Positions 57,744 to 64,000 of a stretch of 64,000 nt of DNA are shown one piece after another. The stretch spans positions 106,402 to 170,401 of the forward strand of contig NZ_DATMGA010000028.1 of assembly GCF_035555955.1 (NCBI RefSeq). The letters are read 5' to 3'. Each line of letters starts with the position of its first letter. Positions within the stretch are counted from its first letter, which is position 1. The translations under genes and the position numbers were made by a program. Under the pieces are notes generated by a model that was not told where the DNA came from, searched no databases, and worked only from the letters and a program-made list of their open reading frames with translations. This DNA comes from Eoetvoesiella sp. GTDB lineage: Bacteria > Pseudomonadota > Gammaproteobacteria > Burkholderiales > Burkholderiaceae_B.

Positions 57744-58913
57744 ATGAAACGACTCGTAGCGACGGCCCTGGCGTTCGGCGTCATGGCAATCAGTCAAAGC
57801 GCCGGTGCGCAGATAAAGATAGGGATCAGCGTGTCCGAAACTGGGCCTGCCGCCTCGCTGGGCAAGGTCGAGAAGAACGTCCTGCAGATGCTGCCGGCCA
57901 AGGTGGATGGCGTCGATGTGAAATACATCATTCTGGACGACGCTTCGGACACGACGGCCGCCGTCAGGAATGCCAGGAAGCTGGTCAGCGAAGACCATGT
58001 GGACGCGATCATCGGCTCCACCACCACCCCGAACTGCCTTGCCATGACGGAGGTGGCCGCCGAAAGCGGCACGCCGCTGCTGGCCATGGGCGGGGGCGCC
58101 GCCATTATCGCGCCTATGGACAACAAGAAGAAATGGGTGTTCAAGGCCGTGCAGAACGACGCCATGATGGTGGCCGCCATCGTCCAGCACATGGCCGCCT
58201 CGGGCGCCAAGAAGATCGGCTACATCGGCTTTTCGGACGCCACGGGCGAGGGCTACTGGAATGCGCTGGTTCCCCTGGCTGCCAAGGCCGGCCTGCAGAT
58301 CGTCGCGAACGAGCGCTACCAGCGCACCGACACCAGCGTCACGGGGCAGGCGTTGAAGCTCATCGCGGCCAAGCCGGACGCCATCCTGATCGCCGCTTCG
58401 GGCACGCCCGCCGCGCTGCCCCAAAAGGCGCTGAAAGAGCGCGGCTACCCGGGCAGGATCTACCAGACGCACGGCGTGGCCAATAACGACTTCCTGCGCG
58501 TGTGCGGCAAGGACTGCGAAGGCACCTACCTTCCCATAGGCCCCTTGCTGGTTGCCGAACAGTTGCCCGACAGCATGACTTCCAAGCCGGTCTCCCTGGA
58601 TGTGGTCTCGCGCTACGAAAAAGCATATGGGGTCGGGTCGCGCTCCACCTTCATTTCGAATGCCTACGACAGCTTCCTGCTGTTGAAGAACGCCTTTCCC
58701 GCGGCCTTGAAGAAAGCCAAGCCGGGCACGGCCGAGTTTCGCGCGGCGTTGCGGGACAGCCTCGAGGCGACCCGCGATTTCAGCGGCACGCAAGGGGTCT
58801 ACAACATGACGCCCACCGACCATGTCGGCCTGGACGACCGCGCGCGCGTCATCGTGCGGATCCACGACGGGCATTGGGTGCTGGCCGCATCCGGCGGCCA
58901 GGCCAAGCCGTAA
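57744..58913 (+). CDS. ABC transporter substrate-binding protein (LivJ/K-like)
   Basis: Signal peptide MKRLVATALAFGVMAISQSAGA followed by IKIGISVSETGP. It is a paralog of the SBP at 32063. Confidence 0.85.
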   Translation: MKRLVATALAFGVMAISQSAGAQIKIGISVSETGPAASLGKVEKNVLQMLPAKVDGVDVKYIILDDASDTTAAVRNARKLVSEDHVDAIIGSTTTPNCLAMTEVAAESGTPLLAMGGGAAIIAPMDNKKKWVFKAVQNDAMMVAAIVQHMAASGAKKIGYIGFSDATGEGYWNALVPLAAKAGLQIVANERYQRTDTSVTGQALKLIAAKPDAILIAASGTPAALPQKALKERGYPGRIYQTHGVANNDFLRVCGKDCEGTYLPIGPLLVAEQLPDSMTSKPVSLDVVSRYEKAYGVGSRSTFISNAYDSFLLLKNAFPAALKKAKPGTAEFRAALRDSLEATRDFSGTQGVYNMTPTDHVGLDDRARVIVRIHDGHWVLAASGGQAKP

Positions 58914-58933
58914 TGTAATGGCGGCCGGGGGCT

Positions 58934-59947
58934 CTACTTTGGACTTTTCCCCAGCAGCTGCACACGCCGCTGCACCGGGAAGAAGCGCAGGTCGTAGCGC
59001 TGCTGTATGGAGCCCCAGATTCCCTTGGGCCATTTCATCATGACGACAATGGCCACCAGGCCCAGAACCATCAAGTACCAGGTGCCGTAGTCGGCCAGCA
59101 GGCTGCGCATGCCGAAGAAGACCAGCGTGCCGATGATGGGCCCCTCGATGGTGCCGATGCCGCCGATTACGACGATGAAGATGGGAAACACCACCCAGTT
59201 CAGGTCGAACGCCGCGGTGGGCGATATGCGCAGGGCGTTCAGGTAGTACAGGGCGCCGACCAGGCCGGTGCCGAATGCCGCCAGGACGAATACGCAGAAC
59301 TTGACGCGCTTGACGTTGATGCCCTGGCTCTCGGAGGCCGCTTCGCTGTCGCGGATGGCGGTCAGCGCGATGCCGAACCGCGAGCGCAGCAGCCAGTACA
59401 TCAGGGCGATGAAGCCGACGGTGATGGCCACCGCGATCCAGAAGGTGGCGGATTCGCGGAATACCTTGGGGATGCCGCGCATGGCGGTCAGGCTTTGTCC
59501 CGATCCGCCGCCTAGCAGCGGGGCGTTCGAGATGGCCAGGCGGTAGATCTCGGCGACCACCCAGGTTCCCACCGCGAAGTAGCCGCCCTTCAGGCGAAAC
59601 ACGACGGCGGCGGTGGGAATGGCGATGACGGCGGCGATGACGCCGCCAAGCAGGATGGACACGAAGGGGTTGATGCCCATGTGGTTGGCGGCAAGGAACA
59701 GTCCGTAGGCGCCCAGGCCCACGAAGGCCTGCTGGCCGATGGAGATCAGGCCGCCATAGCCGGCCAGCAGATTCCACATTTGCGCCAGCACCAGGTAGCA
59801 CATGGCTTCGACCAGCAGCCGCATGAGGCTGGGCTGGGCCCAGAAAGGCAGGGACACCAGCAAGGCGATGCAGACCACGGCGGCGGCTATACCGGCCTGG
59901 CTGGCCCGGGTCTTGCGCTGAACCGTATAGCGAATGGGTGGGTGCAT
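58934..59947 (-). CDS. Branched-chain amino acid-type ABC permease (LivM-like)
   Basis: GYGGLISIGQQAFVGLGAY motif in a polytopic protein. Confidence 0.85.
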   Translation of the reverse strand: MHPPIRYTVQRKTRASQAGIAAAVVCIALLVSLPFWAQPSLMRLLVEAMCYLVLAQMWNLLAGYGGLISIGQQAFVGLGAYGLFLAANHMGINPFVSILLGGVIAAVIAIPTAAVVFRLKGGYFAVGTWVVAEIYRLAISNAPLLGGGSGQSLTAMRGIPKVFRESATFWIAVAITVGFIALMYWLLRSRFGIALTAIRDSEAASESQGINVKRVKFCVFVLAAFGTGLVGALYYLNALRISPTAAFDLNWVVFPIFIVVIGGIGTIEGPIIGTLVFFGMRSLLADYGTWYLMVLGLVAIVVMMKWPKGIWGSIQQRYDLRFFPVQRRVQLLGKSPK

Positions 59948-59953
59948 AGTGTG

Positions 59954-60817
59954 TTATGTCCTTGAAAACAAACCGCTGGGCTTGAACAGCAAGACGGCCA
60001 GGAAGACGAGGTGGCCGGTCATGATTCCCCAGGCCGGGCCTATCATGAAGCCCAGGCCTTGCGCCACGCCAAGCAGCAGGGCGCCCGCGAACGTTCCCCA
60101 CAGCGATCCCAGGCCGCCGATGACGACCGCCTCGAAGGCGTAGATGAGGAAGGTGGGGCCGGCGCCGGGGGTGACGGAATTTTTCATGCCCATGAACACC
60201 CCGCCCACGGCCATGACGGCGAAGGCGATGCCCATGGCCAGGCCGTAGACGTGCAGGTCCTTGATGCCCATGAGCTGGGCGGTGTCCCGGTCGTCCGAGG
60301 TGGCGCGCAGGGTGACGCCCAGGGACGTGCCCTTGAACAGCCGCGACAGGCCGGCGGTGATGATCAGGGCGGCCGCCAGCGTGATGACGGGGAACACGCC
60401 GAGGCTTATCGGGCCGAACACCGTGAAGCTGGCGGTCGACAGGCTGCCTATCGGCAGTACTTTCGCATCGGCCGAGAAGATTTCCAGCAGGCCGTTCTGG
60501 ATGATGATGGACATGCCGAAGGTGATGAGCAGGGGCGGCAGGATGTCCTGGCCGAGCACCTTGTTCAGGACCGCGCGCTGCAGCACGTAGCCCAGCCCGA
60601 ACATGATCACGACGACGATGGGCAGCGCCGCGAACGGGTTCAGGCCGCTGGCCGACATGACGACCAGGGCGATGTAGGCGGCCAGGGCGATGAAGTCGCC
60701 GTGCGCGATGTTGACCAGTTTCATGACGCCGTAGGCCAGGGACAGGCCGATGGCGAACAGCGCGTAGACGCCTCCGGTCAGGGCGCCCTGCACTATGGCG
60801 TTTACCCATTCGAACAT
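59954..60817 (-). CDS. Branched-chain amino acid-type ABC permease (LivH-like)
   Basis: LVNIAHGDFIALAAY motif in a polytopic protein. Confidence 0.85.
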   Translation of the reverse strand: MFEWVNAIVQGALTGGVYALFAIGLSLAYGVMKLVNIAHGDFIALAAYIALVVMSASGLNPFAALPIVVVIMFGLGYVLQRAVLNKVLGQDILPPLLITFGMSIIIQNGLLEIFSADAKVLPIGSLSTASFTVFGPISLGVFPVITLAAALIITAGLSRLFKGTSLGVTLRATSDDRDTAQLMGIKDLHVYGLAMGIAFAVMAVGGVFMGMKNSVTPGAGPTFLIYAFEAVVIGGLGSLWGTFAGALLLGVAQGLGFMIGPAWGIMTGHLVFLAVLLFKPSGLFSRT

Positions 60818-60844
60818 ATGTGTCTCCTCGTTTCGCTGCGCTGG

Positions 60845-61537
60845 CTAGATGCCGAAATAGGCATCCGAAATTTGTTTCTTGCTGAGCTCGGCCGACTTGC
60901 CGGCAAGGGCCACCTTGCCGTGCATGAAGCAATACAGGCGGTCGGTCATGCGCTTGGCCATGTCGATATCCTGCTCGACGATCAACGCCGCCGTGCCGTC
61001 GCCGGTGATCTTGGGCAGGGCTGCGTAGATGTCCTTGACGACCACCGGCGCCAGGCCCAGCGATATTTCGTCGCAGATCAACAGCTTGGGATTGGACATG
61101 AGGGCGCGGCCGATGGCCACCATCTGCTGCTGGCCGCCTGAAAGCGTCAGCGCCGGGTTCTTGCGCTTTTCCACAAGGGCGGGAAAGAGCTCGTACACAC
61201 GCTGCAGATTCCATGCCCCCGAGCGCTTCGACATCCTGCCCACCAGCAGGTTTTCCTCGACGGACAGGCTGGGGAACAGGCGGCGGCCTTCGGGAACCAT
61301 GGCGATGCCCATGGCGACGATGTCGCTGGGGTGGACGCCGCCGATGGGCCGGCCGGCGAACGAAATGGCCTGGGGTCCCACCTTGATCTGGCCGCAGATC
61401 GATTTCAGGAATGTGGACTTGCCCGCGCCGTTGGCGCCGATGATGGCGACCGATTCGCCCTCGCGCATGGAAAAGTCGATGCCGAACAGGGCCTGGAAGT
61501 CGCCGTAGAAGGCTTCGAGATTCTGGACGGTGATCAT
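60845..61537 (-). CDS. ABC transporter ATP-binding protein (LivF-like)
   Basis: GANGAGKSTFLK, LSGGQQQM and LICDEISLGLAP. Confidence 0.88.
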   Translation of the reverse strand: MITVQNLEAFYGDFQALFGIDFSMREGESVAIIGANGAGKSTFLKSICGQIKVGPQAISFAGRPIGGVHPSDIVAMGIAMVPEGRRLFPSLSVEENLLVGRMSKRSGAWNLQRVYELFPALVEKRKNPALTLSGGQQQMVAIGRALMSNPKLLICDEISLGLAPVVVKDIYAALPKITGDGTAALIVEQDIDMAKRMTDRLYCFMHGKVALAGKSAELSKKQISDAYFGI

Positions 61538-62262
61538 GCCTGCACCTCCATGCCCATGTAGACGCGCTTGACCTCGGGACTGTTCATGACGGTTTGCGGA
61601 TCGCCTTCGGCCAGTTTTTGCCCGAAATTGATGACCAGCAGGCGCGTGGCGACGGCCATGAGCGCATGCACGACGTGTTCGATCCAGATGATGGAAACCC
61701 CTTGCTTGCGGATGTCGTTGACCATGTCGATCAGTTGCAGGGCCTCCTGCTCGGTCAGGCCGCCGGCGATCTCGTCCAGCAGCAGGATTTTCGGCTGCGT
61801 GGCCAGGGCGCGCGCCAGCTCCAGCCTTTTGCGGTCGAGCAGCGTCAAGGCGCCGGCAAGGCGGTTCACTTTATCGAGCAGGCCCGTGCTGGCCAGGATG
61901 TCCATGCACAGGTCGTTGGCCTTATGCCCCGCGCCGCCCGCGCCGAAGGTGGCGGCCACGAGCAGGTTCTCGAACACCGTCATGCCGCCGAAGGGCTGGG
62001 CGATCTGGTACGAGCGCCCGATTCCCAGCCGGCACCTGCGGTGGGCCGGCAGCCGGGTGATGTCGCTGCCTTCCAGGGTGATGCGGCCGGTGTCGGCCCT
62101 GAGATCGCCGCTGACGAGGTTGAACATGGTGGTCTTGCCGGCGCCGTTGGGCCCCAGGACGCCCAGCGCTTCGCCCTGTTCGAGCTGGAAGCTCAGGTCG
62201 TCCGTAACCTTGAACGAGCCGAACGATTTCGATACGTTCTCGACGCAAAGAAGAGTGGTCAT
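61534..62262 (-). CDS. ABC transporter ATP-binding protein (LivG-like)
   Basis: The ATG at 62262 gives MTTLLCVENVSKSFG. GPNGAGKTTMFN and LLLDEIAGGL are present. The tracked start at 62541 runs through a hairpin and the SBP gene end. Confidence 0.88.
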   Translation of the reverse strand: MTTLLCVENVSKSFGSFKVTDDLSFQLEQGEALGVLGPNGAGKTTMFNLVSGDLRADTGRITLEGSDITRLPAHRRCRLGIGRSYQIAQPFGGMTVFENLLVAATFGAGGAGHKANDLCMDILASTGLLDKVNRLAGALTLLDRKRLELARALATQPKILLLDEIAGGLTEQEALQLIDMVNDIRKQGVSIIWIEHVVHALMAVATRLLVINFGQKLAEGDPQTVMNSPEVKRVYMGMEVQA

Positions 62263-62274
62263 GGTTGTGTCCTT

Positions 62275-62331
62275 GCATCCGCCCCGCATAGTGTGCTGTC
62301 CGGTTCTTTGCACACTATGCGGGGCGGATGC
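62275..62331 (-). other. Intercistronic stem-loop: perfect 22-bp stem, 13-nt loop
   Basis: GCATCCGCCCCGCATAGTGTGC (62275-62296) pairs with GCACACTATGCGGGGCGGATGC (62310-62331). It lies between the SBP stop (62381) and the LivG-like start (62262). On the mRNA strand the SD AAGGA follows the stem directly. Confidence 0.8.
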
Positions 62332-62380
62332 TTTTGCCGTGCGGTTTGGCGGGTTCGTCCGTGCTGTCTTCGGCCAGGCC

Positions 62381-63676
62381 TTAGGCCAGCGGCTTGATCT
62401 TGGCCTGCACGGGAATCTCCGGCGCGGTCTCGTTGTTGACGACGAGCAGGTCATAGGGGTGGTTCTTGCCCTTGACCCATTGGCCGCCCACCAGCGGCGT
62501 CTTGGCGACGTTCTTGACAGGTCCGTTGCCCCATTGCACATGGCCGATGATGGTGTCGAGCTTGGTCTGGGGAATGGCGTCGCGTATGGCTTCGGGCGAA
62601 TCGATGTCCTTGGCGCGCTTCAGCACGTCGATGGCGACTTCGAACAGCGAGTGCGCGTAGCCCAGGGGCTGGCTCCATTGGCGCTTGGTGGCGGCCTCGT
62701 AGGCGTCGGCCAGTTGCTGGGCGCTTTGGCCGTTCAGCGAGGACTTGTACGGACGGTTGGGGCTCCACCAGCACTCCTGCGTCAGACCTTCGCCTTCGGC
62801 GCCCAGGGCCTCGACTGCCGAGGGGAAGGCCAGCGCCTTGCCGATGGTCACGGCCTTGGGATTGAAGCCTTGCTGCTTGGCCTGCGTCCAGAAGTTCTTG
62901 AAGTCGGGCGGGGTCTGCACCCCGGCGATGATCTCGACGTTGGCCTTCTTGTATTCGGACAGCAGGGCGGTGAAGTCGGTCTGGCCGTTCTGGAAGCGGC
63001 CCGCGTCCAGAACGGTGTAGCCCATTTTCGTCAGGGGCGGCGCGATGCCCATCTTGGGGTCGGCCCAGGCGTTGCCGTCGCCGTCGTTGGCGCACAGCAG
63101 GCCTACGACCTTGTTGGTGTCCAGGCTCTTCCACATATTGGAGAAGACCGCAATAATGTCTTCCAGGCCCCAGAAATAGTGGTAGGTCCAGTCGAAGCCT
63201 TGTTGCGGCTTGCCTCCACGGGTAAAGAACCAGGGCTGCCAGGGCGTGGTCGTGGAAATGCAGGGAATCTCGTTCAGCTCGCACTGGTCGGAGACGGGGT
63301 TGGCGTTTTCCGGCGTGGAGCCTACGATCATCAGGTCGATCTTGTCCTTCAGGATGAGCTCGGCGGCGACCTCGGAGGCGCGATTGGGGCTGGACTGGCT
63401 GTCCTTGACGATGACCTCGATGGGGTGGGCCGTGCCGTTGACGGTCACCCCGGCCTTGAGCAGGTCCTGGATGCCGGCGAGGATGAACCGGTCGACTTCG
63501 CCGAATCCCGCCAGCGCGCCGGTTTGCGGCGTGACGTAGCCGAGCTTGATGACGCGGCCCGTCTTGGCGAGCGCCAGCGGGCTGATGCCCGCCAGGCCCA
63601 GGGCTCCGCCGAAGGCGGAGGCCTTGATGAACGAGCGCCGTTTCTGGTTCAGATGCTTGGTGTCCTGTTGTGTCAT
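62381..63676 (-). CDS. ABC transporter substrate-binding protein with a Tat-type signal peptide
   Basis: The N-terminus KRRSFIKASAFGGALGLAGISPLALA has twin-Arg. It is LivK-family length with a KLGYVTPQTG motif. Confidence 0.85.
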   Translation of the reverse strand: MTQQDTKHLNQKRRSFIKASAFGGALGLAGISPLALAKTGRVIKLGYVTPQTGALAGFGEVDRFILAGIQDLLKAGVTVNGTAHPIEVIVKDSQSSPNRASEVAAELILKDKIDLMIVGSTPENANPVSDQCELNEIPCISTTTPWQPWFFTRGGKPQQGFDWTYHYFWGLEDIIAVFSNMWKSLDTNKVVGLLCANDGDGNAWADPKMGIAPPLTKMGYTVLDAGRFQNGQTDFTALLSEYKKANVEIIAGVQTPPDFKNFWTQAKQQGFNPKAVTIGKALAFPSAVEALGAEGEGLTQECWWSPNRPYKSSLNGQSAQQLADAYEAATKRQWSQPLGYAHSLFEVAIDVLKRAKDIDSPEAIRDAIPQTKLDTIIGHVQWGNGPVKNVAKTPLVGGQWVKGKNHPYDLLVVNNETAPEIPVQAKIKPLA

Positions 63677-63767
63677 GCTTGTCTCCTGATGTGGTGCCGC
63701 TGATGGTTCTTGTGTTGGTTGGGGGTGTCGGGCAATGCCTGTTCCATTGCCCGTGCGAAGGCCGTGC

Positions 63768-64000
63768 TCAGGCCGCCTCCGCGGTTGCCAGGATGCCGTA
63801 CCGCTTCAGGTCGGCAGCCAGGCTGTCGACGAGATCCGGGATTTCCGCAGCGCCGGCGGCGCCGCCGTAAAGATAGAAGTCGGGGCGAACCAGCATGGCG
63901 CGGATTTCGTGGGCGTCCATATAGGCGGCGTATTTGCCGTCGAGGCCGACGAATCCGCCGGCAGCGGTATCGTCCGGCGCCAGGTGCACGACCTTGGCGT
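63768..64000 (-). CDS. C-terminal part of an FAD-dependent aromatic monooxygenase (MhpA/PheA-like), 5' end outside the window
   Basis: The frame is open to the window edge. ...AMLVRPDFYLYG resembles the C-terminal thioredoxin-like domain motif (LLVRPDGYV) of group A flavoprotein hydroxylases. Confidence 0.5.
   Translation of the reverse strand, partial: AKVVHLAPDDTAAGGFVGLDGKYAAYMDAHEIRAMLVRPDFYLYGGAAGAAEIPDLVDSLAADLKRYGILATAEAA

Noticed and set aside
57417-61214. 1265-aa ORF on the minus strand, the largest ORF in the window
   Set aside because: It crosses the Rieske oxygenase 3' end and the SBP gene on the opposite strand, and runs out of frame through three real minus-strand ABC genes. 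The sequence is dominated by R/P/G/H runs. It is a GC-skew artefact, not a giant protein.
61568-63703. 711-aa plus-strand ORF
   Set aside because: It is antisense to the LivG-like and Tat-signal SBP genes and contains the 22-bp hairpin. No domain was recognised.

Overview
GC-rich betaproteobacterial chromosome segment. Gene order looks Burkholderiales/Alcaligenaceae-like (Bordetella/Achromobacter type); the taxon is inferred from synteny only. About 60 CDS are supported. Core blocks: ybeD-lipB-lipA (1-2.1 kb); hslVU-dksA-COG0523 GTPase-zur with divergent znuCBA (34.4-42 kb); and xerC-DUF484-dapF, two adjacent lpxL-type acyltransferases, metK, DUF1289, SAH riboswitch-ahcY-DUF360-metF, 5-formyl-THF cyclo-ligase, slt and cca (42-55.7 kb). 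Accessory catabolic blocks: (i) a visibly lower-GC insert (2.1-9.4 kb) with a LysR regulator, a GMC flavoprotein and a three-subunit acetone-carboxylase/hydantoinase-like ATP-dependent enzyme; (ii) a TetR-controlled cluster (9.4-20.5 kb) with an EntE-type aryl-acid adenylating ligase, a hotdog thioesterase, a stand-alone salicylyl-/anthraniloyl-CoA-monooxygenase-like flavoprotein, a VOC protein, an alpha/beta hydrolase and a LivJHMGF-type importer; (iii) a GlcF-like Fe-S protein without glcD/glcE, paired with a PCMH/VAO-family flavoprotein and an AraC regulator (21.9-26 kb); (iv) a LysR-controlled beta-oxidation-like operon with no thiolase (26-33.2 kb); (v) an IclR/Rieske oxygenase/ABC importer/FAD monooxygenase locus (55.7-64 kb). 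Non-coding signals: an SAH riboswitch, a perfect Zur-box palindrome, a 22-bp LysR-type palindrome, TetR-type inverted repeats, a 22-bp-stem intercistronic hairpin, REP/BIME-like hairpin clusters and a ~95-nt repeat present twice. I recognised no rRNA, tRNA, CRISPR array, transposase or phage module. The best candidates for undescribed biology are blocks (i), (ii) and (iii). All functional calls rest on motif and family recognition by eye. No database search was run.
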